From assembly GCA_007376185.1 (NCBI GenBank), contig VMFS01000001.1, positions 94,206-158,205 of the forward strand: a stretch of 64,000 nucleotides of DNA. The letters run 5' to 3'. The notes below the pieces were generated by a model. It was not told where the DNA came from, made no database searches, and worked only from the letters and a program-made list of their open reading frames with translations. Source of the stretch: Parcubacteria group bacterium Gr01-1014_30 (GTDB lineage: Bacteria > Patescibacteriota > Minisyncoccia > Minisyncoccales > 2-12-FULL-40-12). The position numbers and the translations under genes were made by a program. Below are positions 8,574 to 17,395 of the stretch, one piece after another. The stretch's first letter is position 1; each line of letters opens with the position of its first letter.

Positions 8574-10481
8574 TCAGCGGCTTAAAGCTTTCTCCATAAA
8601 GGTGCGCCATATAGGCCCGGCCAGCACTATGCCGGGCTCTTGGCGCATTGGCGTGTTGTCGTTGTTACCAACCCAAACGCCGGCAACAATAGAGGGCGTG
8701 TAGCCCAAAATCCAGCCGTCTTTGAAATCCTGGGTCGTGCCTGTTTTGGCGGATACCTTATAGTTTTCAAAGTACATCACTGACCTTGGGCCGAAAATCG
8801 GCGTCCTTGCTTCGTTGTCAGACAGTATGTCTGAAATAAGCTCCGTTGGCTCTCTTTCTATAACCCTTTTGGGAGTTCTCTGGTTTTGTTCAATAACGTT
8901 GCCTTGCGAGTCCTCAATTCTCAAGACGGCCAAAGGAGCCACCTGAAGGCCTGCGGTGGCAAAAACACCATAGGCTGAAACCATGTCTAACAGACGCACC
9001 TCGCCTCCTCCAAGAACAATCGACAAGCCGTAAAAAGAAGGTGGCTGAGTCAGGGTGGTTATGCCGAAGTTTTGAGCCATATTAATAGAGTCCTGTAAGC
9101 CAGCGAGATCTGCCAGAACCTTTACTGAAGGCACGTTTAAGGATTGAGCCAAACCTTGCCTTAGAGTTACAGGCCCCCTGAAGCGACCGTCGTAGTTTTT
9201 GGGGATATATGGTTTTCCGCCCCAAAGGCCGAAGTTAGTTTCTTCATCAACCACCTCGTAATCTGCGTCGTAGCCTTTTTGAAAAGCCGTAACGTAGACA
9301 AAGGGCTTGAAAGCCGAGCCCGGCTGGCGAGACCTTAAAACCACGTTTGGGTAGGGTTCAAACAAGCAGTTTTTGCCGGGGACGCATCCTTTGGGCCAAG
9401 GGTCGCCAAACCAATCCTTTGAGCCGACCATTGCCAAGACCTCTCCGCTGTTTGGGTCAGTTGCCACGATAGCCGCGTTGTAGGCGCCCAAAGACGTGTT
9501 TCTTTGGGCTGCATTAGCAACAGCTTTCTCTGCGGCTTCTTGCAATTCCCAGTCCAAGGAAGTATAAACTTTCAAACCTTTCTCTCTCAAGAAGGCCTCC
9601 CCGTATTTTTCTTCCAGCCAGTCTTTTACCCACAGAGTAAAGTGCGGAGCTTTTATGGGTTGAGACGCTTTAGCAAACTGCAGTTCTTCAGCTTTTGCTT
9701 GCTGTGCTTGGTTTTGCGTCAAGAATCCGACCCTTGCCATTCTGGCCAAAACCACGTTTTTCTTGGACACTAGCTCTTGAAGGTTTTGGCCGTAAGGCGA
9801 AAGAAAACTCGGCGCCTGTATCAAAGCGGCCAGCGTTGCGGCTTCAGACAGTGTGATTTCCCTGACCGATTTTTGAAAATAAGTTTGGCTGGCTGCCTCC
9901 ATGCCGTAGGCGTTCTGCCCCAGCGGAATCTGGTTGAGATACCATTCCAAAATTTGGTCCTTTGAATAACGCCTCTCCATCTCCAGGGTTAAAATAACCT
10001 CTCTAATTTTTCTTTCAGGCGTCTTTTCCAATGTTAGAAACGTTGAGCGAATAAGCTGCTGGGAAATTGTGGAGCCCCCGTATACAGGGCTGCCCAGGCG
10101 AATGTTAATGGGTATTGATCTTAGGATGCCTCTAAAATCAAGGCCAAAGTGCTTGTAAAAGTTAATATCCTCTGCGGCAATGACGGCTTCAATTAAGTGT
10201 TTGGGCATCTCAGACAGAGAAGCCCAGGTTCTTTTTTCTTCACCATATATTTCGTACAAAAGCACTTCGCCTGAGCGGTCGTAGATTTTCGTGGACTGGG
10301 CAAGGGTTCTTTCTGTAAATTTTTCTGGCCTGGGCAAGCTTCTGCCGTAGTAAACGAACAAAGCCAAAACCAAGACGGTAAAGAGTAGGAGTCCGGTTCT
10401 TGAAATTTTCAAAACAAAAACCGCCTTTTTATTCATTCTTTTTTGCGAGTAAGTTTTCCGGTAATATTTTCTTTCGGGCAT
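8574..10481 (-). CDS. Class A penicillin-binding protein (PBP1A family)
   Basis: N-terminal TM, AAEDINFYKHFG, GGSTISQQL, RKIRE; transpeptidase motifs QPGSAFKP, SLN, KTGT. Confidence 0.95.
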   Translation of the reverse strand: MPERKYYRKTYSQKRMNKKAVFVLKISRTGLLLFTVLVLALFVYYGRSLPRPEKFTERTLAQSTKIYDRSGEVLLYEIYGEEKRTWASLSEMPKHLIEAVIAAEDINFYKHFGLDFRGILRSIPINIRLGSPVYGGSTISQQLIRSTFLTLEKTPERKIREVILTLEMERRYSKDQILEWYLNQIPLGQNAYGMEAASQTYFQKSVREITLSEAATLAALIQAPSFLSPYGQNLQELVSKKNVVLARMARVGFLTQNQAQQAKAEELQFAKASQPIKAPHFTLWVKDWLEEKYGEAFLREKGLKVYTSLDWELQEAAEKAVANAAQRNTSLGAYNAAIVATDPNSGEVLAMVGSKDWFGDPWPKGCVPGKNCLFEPYPNVVLRSRQPGSAFKPFVYVTAFQKGYDADYEVVDEETNFGLWGGKPYIPKNYDGRFRGPVTLRQGLAQSLNVPSVKVLADLAGLQDSINMAQNFGITTLTQPPSFYGLSIVLGGGEVRLLDMVSAYGVFATAGLQVAPLAVLRIEDSQGNVIEQNQRTPKRVIEREPTELISDILSDNEARTPIFGPRSVMYFENYKVSAKTGTTQDFKDGWILGYTPSIVAGVWVGNNDNTPMRQEPGIVLAGPIWRTFMEKALSR

Positions 10482-10534
10482 AGAGGGGATAGGAGCATTC
10501 TACTAAATTTGAGGCGGTTTCGCAATAGTTTAAC

Positions 10535-10557
10535 AAAAAACCCCGACTTTATCGGGG
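10535..10557 (-). terminator. Intrinsic terminator of the small acidic ORF
   Basis: CCCCGA-cttta-TCGGGG hairpin next to an A6 run (U-tract on the minus strand), just past the stop at 10569. Confidence 0.7.
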
Positions 10558-10568
10558 CCTTTTATGAG

Positions 10569-10676
10569 CTACTCCACGCTTTCTTTCCCCGTCTCCTCTT
10601 CACTTTCTTCTTCTTCGTCAGTGTTTTCTTCGTCTTCGCCGGTGACAGAAGTCAAAATTTCGTCTTCGAAAATCAT
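10569..10676 (-). CDS. 35-aa highly acidic small protein (MIFEDEILTSVTGEDEENTDEEEESEEETGKESVE)
   Basis: Translated by hand (below the ORF-track cutoff). Has an upstream promoter match and a downstream terminator. Confidence 0.65.
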   Translation of the reverse strand: MIFEDEILTSVTGEDEENTDEEEESEEETGKESVE

Positions 10677-10729
10677 ATTTAACTTTTTTGGTTCAGATTA
10701 ACTTGGCCGACCTTTGGCTTCACAGGGAT

Positions 10730-10757
10730 AGTATAATTGCCCCAAAATACTTGTCAA
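10730..10757 (-). promoter_or_regulatory. Sigma70-type promoter for the small acidic ORF
   Basis: Minus strand TTGACA-N16-TATACT. Confidence 0.6.
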
Positions 10758-10769
10758 GTGGGAGATCTA

Positions 10770-11063
10770 TTACAGCCTTTCCTTTTTAAATCTCTTTTCT
10801 TTTTTTACCCAGTGCCAGATTTCCAAAGGCAGCTTTACCTTATTTTTTTTGAAAAAATCCAGAATCTTCTTGCGGCACCTCGCAACGTTCTTTGGCGTAG
10901 TCAACTGAATATGTCTAAGTTTTCTTCCTTTTAGAGCCAGCAGGTCAATGATGCCGAAAACGTCGTTTTGTTTGAAGCGCACTTTTGAGGGATACCAGGT
11001 TATCCACCCCCTTTGTGCAAGCTCGGCAACCGCCTTTTTTCTCGTTTCCGTTTCCTTAGCCAT
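10770..11063 (-). CDS. Small basic PD-(D/E)xK-like nuclease (Hjc/resolvase-like)
   Basis: E..AVAELAQRGW...DVFGIIDLLALKG...IQLT pattern; overlaps the yebC stop. Confidence 0.55.
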   Translation of the reverse strand: MAKETETRKKAVAELAQRGWITWYPSKVRFKQNDVFGIIDLLALKGRKLRHIQLTTPKNVARCRKKILDFFKKNKVKLPLEIWHWVKKEKRFKKERL

Positions 11064-11613
11064 TTTTTACGTTATCATATATCTCTTGTACGCTGTCTAG
11101 TTCGTCAAGCTCGTCAAAGAGCTTTTGTAACGAACCTTTTGTTTTTTCGTCAACCTCAATTTCCTGCAATGGCTGCCATTCTAAGGACCCGGGCTCTTTT
11201 ACTTTCCTTTCAAACATCCATTTCACGCCTCCTTCTCCCACCAGTTTGCCCCCATGCTGGGCCAAAATCCGCTTTACCTCGCCTAAAGCGCGGTTTTTGT
11301 TATCGGTAATGCCCTCAATTATGATGGCTACCCCGCCCGGACCGTATGCTTCAAACAAAACCTCTTCCAGTTTTTCGCCTTCCACTGGACCTGAGCCCCG
11401 CAAAATAGCCCTTTCAATGTTTTCTTTGGGCATATTGCAGGTTCTCGCGGTTTCAATGACAGCTTTTAGCTTGGGATTTGCTTCGGGATTTGGCCCCCCT
11501 TCTTTAACCGCAACCTGAATCAAACGGGCCATCTTTGAAAAGATTTGCCCTCTTTTTTTGTCGCTCGCTTCCTTAATCCTTTTTACTGTTTTGGCATGGC
11601 TATGGCCGCTCAT
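11056..11613 (-). CDS. yebC: YebC/PmpR family protein (shortened, 185 aa)
   Basis: MSGHS, D.KRG.IFSK, NPEANP.L, MPKENIERAI, EAYGPGGVA, TDNKNR, DELDSVQEIYDN. Confidence 0.93.
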   Translation of the reverse strand: MSGHSHAKTVKRIKEASDKKRGQIFSKMARLIQVAVKEGGPNPEANPKLKAVIETARTCNMPKENIERAILRGSGPVEGEKLEEVLFEAYGPGGVAIIIEGITDNKNRALGEVKRILAQHGGKLVGEGGVKWMFERKVKEPGSLEWQPLQEIEVDEKTKGSLQKLFDELDELDSVQEIYDNVKNG

Positions 11614-12524
11614 ACGTCTTTATTGTGATTATGAGTATTTTTTAATTTGTTTTTGAATAGCAAAATTGCGGTACCCGAAACCCCTGCCAGCAAAAAGGCG
11701 ATGAGAAAAACCGGAAGCCTCTCTTTGGTTTCTTGGTTAGAGTATGGCAACTCGAAGGGTTGCGCAGCTTGGGCCAAGCCGGTTTCCGGTAAATCTTTCT
11801 CATTTTCTATTTTAGGAGGTTTCAGGGCAGGGTCAACCCAGGCCAAACCTTGGCTTTTAATGTCTTGCAGAGTTTTTTCGCCAATCCCCTGCACTTTGGC
11901 CAAGTCGTCCAAGGAGTAAAAAGGTCTAACGTCTATTATTCTTTGGGCTAAAACTTGACCCACGCCGGCCAACTTTTGAAGCTCCTCGGCAGATGCGGCG
12001 TTGATATCTACTCTAAGGGGCGCTGGCTCCTTAGATGGCTGGACGGGTTTCGTTGCCGTAGAGGAGGAGTTGGGTTGAGGCGGCGCGGGAGGGGGCGTGT
12101 TTTGTGTGGACTCCAAGGTTGTTTCTTGATTTGCAGTTGTGAAGGTTTCCTGTTCTGTTGCGGTTTGTGTTTGTGGTTTTGGTGGTGGAGGCGGCGGCGG
12201 AGGAGGTTCGGAAGGAGGTTGCATATTAGGATCTGCCCAAGCTAAGCCTTGTGCTTTAATATCTGCCAGCCGCTTTTCCCCTATACCATTTACCTTGATA
12301 AGCTCGTCTATCGAGTAAAACGGCCTCGCTTCTATTATCCTGTGAGCTATGACAGGACCAACCCATTTTATTTTCTGCAACTCTTCAGACGAAGCGGTGT
12401 TAATGTCTACTTTTTCCTCCTCCGCCGCCCCGATCCAAGCCAAGAGAAGCAAGAAAAGGCAAACAATGACTACTTTTGACCCCCACACCAAAGCGTTGGC
12501 GTGGGGGCTTGACAAAGTTCTCAT
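11610..12524 (-). CDS. comEA: ComEA-like DNA-binding protein with two HhH domains, Pro/Thr linker and C-terminal TM
   Basis: Two copies of VDIN.AS.EELQK..GVG...A.RII..RPFYS.D.L.KV.GIGEK; signal peptide; P9 run. Confidence 0.88.
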   Translation of the reverse strand: MRTLSSPHANALVWGSKVVIVCLFLLLLAWIGAAEEEKVDINTASSEELQKIKWVGPVIAHRIIEARPFYSIDELIKVNGIGEKRLADIKAQGLAWADPNMQPPSEPPPPPPPPPKPQTQTATEQETFTTANQETTLESTQNTPPPAPPQPNSSSTATKPVQPSKEPAPLRVDINAASAEELQKLAGVGQVLAQRIIDVRPFYSLDDLAKVQGIGEKTLQDIKSQGLAWVDPALKPPKIENEKDLPETGLAQAAQPFELPYSNQETKERLPVFLIAFLLAGVSGTAILLFKNKLKNTHNHNKDV

Positions 12525-12537
12525 AATATATTAGAAT
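12509..12537 (+). promoter_or_regulatory. Sigma70-type promoter upstream of a non-coding hairpin
   Basis: TTGACA-N17-TAGAAT. Confidence 0.65.
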
Positions 12538-12543
12538 AGGAAT

Positions 12544-12675
12544 GTTATACAGCCCCAAAGCTGAGGGCCGGGAGTTTTTCTTAGAATGGACGGTTTGGCT
12601 GAGGCGAAACCCATCCTCAAGAAAGTTCTAAACTTTGTGTTCCTAAAACCAAGTGGCCCTCAGCTTTGGGGCTTC
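12544..12675 (+). ncRNA. Candidate structured ncRNA (6S RNA-like rod with central bubble)
   Basis: Perfect 19-bp terminal inverted repeat (12551-12569 / 12655-12673), inner stem, asymmetric unpaired centre, promoter upstream, no credible ORF. Confidence 0.45.
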
Positions 12676-12751
12676 CCCGTATATCATCTTTCGGTCGCCT
12701 GCGGCGATAATTGCGTTTTTCAAGAACGCACCGAAAGTTGTATTACGGGGC
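12675..12751. repeat. CCCCGTA...TACGGGG palindromic element, copy A
   Basis: Ends CCCCGTATATCATCTT(T)CG / CGAA(A)GTTGTATTACGGGGC are shared with 29158-29238. Confidence 0.8.
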
Positions 12752-12757
12752 TGATTT

Positions 12758-14062
12758 TTATTCTCCGGTCACGCGCTCCACTTCTTCAATCGTCGTTATC
12801 CCCTCTAACACCTTTATCAGCCCGTCTTGATGCATCAGAACCATTCCTTTTTTGATTGCCAAATCTCTCATGTCAACAATGGAGGGCGACTTTAAAATAA
12901 ACCTTTCCATTTGGTCGTCAACCAAAAACGTTTCGTAAATGCCTATTCTGCCCCGGTATCCCGTGTTGTTGCACTCTGAACATCCCTTAGCCTGCGGAAT
13001 TTTAAAGTACTTGGCAAAAAACGCTTTTGGCAATATTTCTTTTTTAACTTTGGCCAACCCTTTCTTTATTTTTTCAAGATTCTCTTTTGAAGGAGACACA
13101 AACTCGGCACACTTTTGACACACTTTTCTGGGCAGGCGTTGGGCTACAACCATGTTGATGGAGGGCGCTATGGAAACTGGCCTTACCCCAAGGTCAATCA
13201 GCCGCGCCACTGCACCCGAGGAATCGTTGGTGTGCAAGGTTGAGAAAACCAGATGCCCGGTCAAGGCAGCTTGCAGGGCGATTTCAGCTGTTTCTTTGTC
13301 CCTAATTTCGCCCACCAAAATAACGTCAGGGTCCTGACGCATTATGGATCTTAAGCCGTTGGCAAAAGTGTAGCCCCTTGACGGGTCAACTTGGGTTTGG
13401 GAAAGGCCTTCCAAGTGATACTCAACAGGGTCTTCAATGGTAATGATTTTAATTTCTGGTTTGTTTATGCGTTTCAAAACCGCGTAGAGCGTGGTCGTTT
13501 TGCCAGAGCCCGTGGGCCCGGTAACCACTATCATGCCGTTTGGTTTTTTAATTTCTTTTTTGAAAATTTCCTCAATGTCTTTTCTCAACCCCAGCGCTTC
13601 TATTTCAATCAAGTTTTTGGGATTGAGCAAGCGCAAGACCGCAGTTTCTCCTCTTTCTGAAGGCAGGGTAGATATTCTTATTTCTATTGCAGTGTTTTCC
13701 ACCAAGATTGTGAAACGCCCATCTTGCGGCCTGGTGGTTATGTTCAGTTTGATGCCAGAGAGCAGTTTGACGCGGGAAAGAAGCATGTTGTAAGTTTTTA
13801 AATCAAAAAGCTTGGCGTCTTGCAGAATTCCGTCAATTCTTAAGCGCAGTTTTGCTTTTTCCTCCTCGGGCTCCAAGTGCACGTCAGACGCCCCCAAGTA
13901 AAGGGCTCCTGCCAGCACGGTTTCTAACAGCTCTGTTGCCGAGGCGCCGATGAGCTTTTCAATTTCTTTGCCGAGGCCGGCGATATTTTCGACTGTTTTC
14001 TGAATCTGGGCGGCTCTTTTGGAAGAAATTTCCACCTCTCCGGTAATTTTTTCCCGTTCCAT
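12758..14062 (-). CDS. GspE/PilB-family secretion ATPase (short, lacks the N-terminal domain)
   Basis: ASDVHLEP, RIDG, PQDGRF, GPTGSGKTTT, TIEDPVEY, RQDPDVILVGEIRD, LHTN, two CxxC. Confidence 0.93.
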   Translation of the reverse strand: MEREKITGEVEISSKRAAQIQKTVENIAGLGKEIEKLIGASATELLETVLAGALYLGASDVHLEPEEEKAKLRLRIDGILQDAKLFDLKTYNMLLSRVKLLSGIKLNITTRPQDGRFTILVENTAIEIRISTLPSERGETAVLRLLNPKNLIEIEALGLRKDIEEIFKKEIKKPNGMIVVTGPTGSGKTTTLYAVLKRINKPEIKIITIEDPVEYHLEGLSQTQVDPSRGYTFANGLRSIMRQDPDVILVGEIRDKETAEIALQAALTGHLVFSTLHTNDSSGAVARLIDLGVRPVSIAPSINMVVAQRLPRKVCQKCAEFVSPSKENLEKIKKGLAKVKKEILPKAFFAKYFKIPQAKGCSECNNTGYRGRIGIYETFLVDDQMERFILKSPSIVDMRDLAIKKGMVLMHQDGLIKVLEGITTIEEVERVTGE

Positions 14063-14100
14063 GGTAAAATACTAAAGGTTATTGTAGATTATATTATCCT

Positions 14101-14604
14101 ATGAGAGTAGTCAAACGCCGAGCTCTGCGAAGCAGAGTGAGGAGGGAGATGCGACGAAGTCGCAGCGAGTTTACAAATAAAGCAGCCTCTACAATAAAGT
14201 TTGGAGAAGGGTTTGCCAAAAAAATTATCAAAACTGGAGTTGCCAAGAGGGCAAAAGTTTTAGCCCTGCAAGGCGAGCTGGGCGCTGGAAAGACAACTTT
14301 CATCAAAGGATTTGCCAGAGGGCTAGGCATAAAGGGCAAAGTCCTCAGCCCAACATTTATTCTGATTAAAAAATTCGCAATCCGCAATCCGCAATTCTTC
14401 AATTTTTATCACATTGATTGCTACCGTTTAAAAAACCCAAAGGACCTTTTGGACCTGGGTTTCAAAAAAATTATTGCCGTCCCTCAAAATATCGTCGCAG
14501 TGGAATGGGCTGCCAGAGTAAAAAGCATATTGCCGCGAAAAATCATCAGAATAAAATTCAAGACCATTGATAAAAACAAAAGAGAAATTATAATAAGCAA
14601 GTAA
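14101..14604 (+). CDS. tsaE: tRNA threonylcarbamoyladenosine biosynthesis ATPase TsaE
   Basis: LQGELGAGKTTF, V.SPTF, HIDCYRL, VEW. The N-terminus is extended by a hairpin-rich insert. Confidence 0.92.
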   Translation: MRVVKRRALRSRVRREMRRSRSEFTNKAASTIKFGEGFAKKIIKTGVAKRAKVLALQGELGAGKTTFIKGFARGLGIKGKVLSPTFILIKKFAIRNPQFFNFYHIDCYRLKNPKDLLDLGFKKIIAVPQNIVAVEWAARVKSILPRKIIRIKFKTIDKNKREIIISK

Positions 14605-14605
14605 A

Positions 14606-15481
14606 ATGCAAAAAAAGCGACTCTTGGTTATTATTGACGCAAACTCTGTTATTCACAGAGCGTTTCACGCTTTGCCGCCTTTCACCACCAAGAAAGGAGA
14701 GCCGGTAGGCGCGATTTACGGATTCTTGCTTGTCTTTTTCAAAGCCATTAAAGATTTTGAACCCGACTTTGTGGCGGCTTGTTTTGACGTACCGGGCCCA
14801 ACTTTCAGGCACGCCAAGTTCAAAGAATACAAAGCCAAAAGGCCGCCGGCTCCCGAAGACCTATATAACCAAATCCCAAAAGTTAAGGAAGTTTTGCGCT
14901 CGTTTAACGTTCCAGTGTTTGAAAAGGCAGGTTTTGAAGCAGATGATATCATTGGCACGATAGCCGATAAAGCCCCCAAAAAGCAAGCTTTTCCCGAATT
15001 GGAAACGATAATTCTAAGCGGCGACAAAGACGTGTTGCAGCTGGTTGACAAAAACACAAAAGTTTACGCTTTGAGCAAAGGGGTAAAAGACGTTGTTTTG
15101 TACGACGAAGAGTTAGTTAAAGAAAAATACGGACTGAGGCCAAAGCAGCTTCTTGACTATAAAGCCCTGAGGGGCGATCCATCTGATAACATACCAGGAG
15201 TAACGGGCGTTGGAGAAAAGACGGCAACAGATCTTTTGGCGCGCTTTAACACCTTAGACAAGATTTACGAAAATATATCTCAAGTGCCAGACAAGCTGAA
15301 AGAAAAATTGCTCGCTTATAAAGACCAGGCCCAGCTTTCCCGAGAGCTCGCCAGAATAAATAAAGCAGTCCCCATTGACTTTAACTTACAAGATTGCCAA
15401 TGGGGAGGGTATGACAGAGCAAAAGCAGGTCAAGCCGTAAAAGAGCTTGAGTTTAAAAGTTTAGCGGAAAAACTGCCTTAA
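14606..15481 (+). CDS. Stand-alone 5'-3' exonuclease (PolA N-terminal domain)
   Basis: IIDANS..HRAFHALP, FRH..F.EYKA.R, FEADDIIG, SGDKD, GDPSDNIPGV.GVGEKTA; no polymerase domain. Confidence 0.93.
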   Translation: MQKKRLLVIIDANSVIHRAFHALPPFTTKKGEPVGAIYGFLLVFFKAIKDFEPDFVAACFDVPGPTFRHAKFKEYKAKRPPAPEDLYNQIPKVKEVLRSFNVPVFEKAGFEADDIIGTIADKAPKKQAFPELETIILSGDKDVLQLVDKNTKVYALSKGVKDVVLYDEELVKEKYGLRPKQLLDYKALRGDPSDNIPGVTGVGEKTATDLLARFNTLDKIYENISQVPDKLKEKLLAYKDQAQLSRELARINKAVPIDFNLQDCQWGGYDRAKAGQAVKELEFKSLAEKLP

Positions 15482-15485
15482 AAAC

Positions 15486-16211
15486 GTGCCGGAACTTCCA
15501 GAAGTTGAAACAATCAAGCGTCAGCTTGCGCGAAAGATTATTGGCAAGCAGCTGAAAGGACAAAAGATTATAAGCGTCCGGCGCAGAGGCAAGCTTTTAA
15601 TAATTGACTTTCAGAATGGCTCAAGTTTGGTTTTTCACTTGAAAATGACCGGCCAACTGATTTTGAACGGCGCCCGCGCTTCACACACGCGCCGCATTTT
15701 TCGCCTTAGTGACGGCTCTCAACTGGTCTTTAATGACGTCAGAAAGTTCGGCTGGTGGAAAAGGTTAAAAAAGGCGGAAAAGGAGTTGGGCGCTTTGGGT
15801 CCAGAACCCCTTGAACTTAACCTAAAATCTTTTAAGGATATCTTAGGGCGGCACCCCAGATCCCGCATTAAATCTTTGCTGATGGACCAAAAAGCTATAG
15901 CAGGTATAGGCAACATTTACTCGGACGAGATTTTATACAAAGCTCGAGTTCGTCCTTTGCGCTGGATTGAAAGTTTGAAGAGAGACGAGTTTTTGCGAAT
16001 TTTTGAAAGTATGAAAAAAATTCTTAAAGCCGCAATCAGACACCATGGCTCTTCCGCGAGGAATTATCGCGACCTTTTCGGCAAAGAAGGCGGCTACCTG
16101 AAATACCACAAGGTTTATCAAAAGAAAGAGTGCGCCAGGTGCGGGTCAAAGTTAAAGAGAGTTAAACTGAACGGAAGAAGCGCGCATTATTGCGAAAATT
16201 GCCAAATATGA
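15486..16211 (+). CDS. mutM: Formamidopyrimidine-DNA glycosylase
   Basis: PELPEVET, RRGK, HLKMTG, DVRKFG, GIGNIYSDE, C-terminal zinc finger; GTG start. Confidence 0.95.
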   Translation: MPELPEVETIKRQLARKIIGKQLKGQKIISVRRRGKLLIIDFQNGSSLVFHLKMTGQLILNGARASHTRRIFRLSDGSQLVFNDVRKFGWWKRLKKAEKELGALGPEPLELNLKSFKDILGRHPRSRIKSLLMDQKAIAGIGNIYSDEILYKARVRPLRWIESLKRDEFLRIFESMKKILKAAIRHHGSSARNYRDLFGKEGGYLKYHKVYQKKECARCGSKLKRVKLNGRSAHYCENCQI

Positions 16212-17107
16212 TAATTCTGTTACACGGGCCCGATACCTACAGGTCTCGCCAAAAGCTACAAGAGATAGTTGAGCGTTACAGAAAAGTTCACAAAAGCGGA
16301 CTTAGTTTGACCTACTATGATGCGCTTTCGGATTCTTTTGAAAAGTTTTTTGACGAGTTCAGACAATTCACAATGTTCAAGGAAAAAAAACTTGTTGTTT
16401 TGCAAAATGTTTTCCAGTCAGAGAGTTTCAAAGAGAAGTTTTTGCGGTCTCAAAAGAGCTTCTTTAAAACCGACAACATTATTGTGATTTTTGAACAAGG
16501 TAAAGTTTTAAAGGGAGACCGCCTTTTCAAGCAACTTTCAAAAGAAGCGAAAACACAAGAGTTCTCTATTTTGCAAGGAACTCCTTTAAGAAATTGGGTC
16601 AAAAAAGAGTTTGAGAAATACAGCGCAAGGCCTGAACCGCAAGCTGTTGAGAAATTAATAGAGTTTGTTGGCTTTGACTCTTGGAGGATTGCTTCAGAAG
16701 TAAAAAAACTGGCCGCATTCAATAAAAGCGTTGACGAAAGAACCGTTGAGCTTTTGGTGTCTCAAAAAATTGATACAGACATTTTTAAAACCATTGACGC
16801 CATAGGCGCTAAAAACAAAAAACAGGCAATAGCCCTTTTGAAAAAACACTTGCTGTCTGGCGACCCGCCCCTTTATCTTCTTTCAATGATTAACTATCAG
16901 TTCAGGAACTTGCTTTTGGTAAAGTCGGGTTCTAAGCACCCAAATATGCACCCTTTTGTGGCCAGAAAGTCAGCAGAGCAAGCCAGGCGCTTTTCTTTTG
17001 AAGAACTGAAAAGAATTTACCGCAAACTTCTTGAAACCGACCTAAACATAAAAACCGGCAAACTTGATGCAGAAACCGCTCTGGATTTGTTGGTCGCTGA
17101 GCTGTAA
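16208..17107 (+). CDS. holA: DNA polymerase III subunit delta
   Basis: MIILLHGPDTY start, E..KL, IF...DAI, HPFVARK, D..IKTG. Start moved to ATG 16208. Confidence 0.88.
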   Translation: MIILLHGPDTYRSRQKLQEIVERYRKVHKSGLSLTYYDALSDSFEKFFDEFRQFTMFKEKKLVVLQNVFQSESFKEKFLRSQKSFFKTDNIIVIFEQGKVLKGDRLFKQLSKEAKTQEFSILQGTPLRNWVKKEFEKYSARPEPQAVEKLIEFVGFDSWRIASEVKKLAAFNKSVDERTVELLVSQKIDTDIFKTIDAIGAKNKKQAIALLKKHLLSGDPPLYLLSMINYQFRNLLLVKSGSKHPNMHPFVARKSAEQARRFSFEELKRIYRKLLETDLNIKTGKLDAETALDLLVAEL

Positions 17108-17110
17108 TTT

Positions 17111-17365
17111 TTATTTCAGCGATTTCGCCAGGCGAGATTTTTTCCTGGAGGCGGTGTTTTTTTTGATAACGCCGACTTTGGCGGCTTTGTCCAGAATTTT
17201 GTAGAGTTCTGGCAAAAGCTTTTTGGCTTCGTCAGTTTTTTTGGCCAAAATTAAGGTTCGCGTTTTCTTTAAGAGCGTTTTTATTTTGTTTTTGTAAACA
17301 AGGTTTTTGGATTTTCTTCTTTGGCTTTGCCTTAAAGCTTTTTTAGCGGATTTGGTGATTGCCAT
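17111..17365 (-). CDS. rpsT: 30S ribosomal protein S20
   Basis: KSAKKALRQS..R...N, LDKAAKVGVIKKNTASRKKSRL. Confidence 0.97.
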   Translation of the reverse strand: MAITKSAKKALRQSQRRKSKNLVYKNKIKTLLKKTRTLILAKKTDEAKKLLPELYKILDKAAKVGVIKKNTASRKKSRLAKSLK

Positions 17366-17395
17366 ATTTTCAAAACAAGGTAAAATGACTATAAC

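Noticed and set aside
12544-12675. SRP (4.5S) RNA, or the 89-aa ORF 12586-12855
   Set aside because: Lacks the SRP domain IV GNRA loop and CAGG/AGCA motif; the ORF crosses palindromes and overlaps the ATPase gene on the opposite strand.
14606-15481. polA pseudogene
   Set aside because: The ORF ends cleanly after the 5'-3' exonuclease domain and mutM follows within 5 bp, consistent with a naturally split or stand-alone domain.
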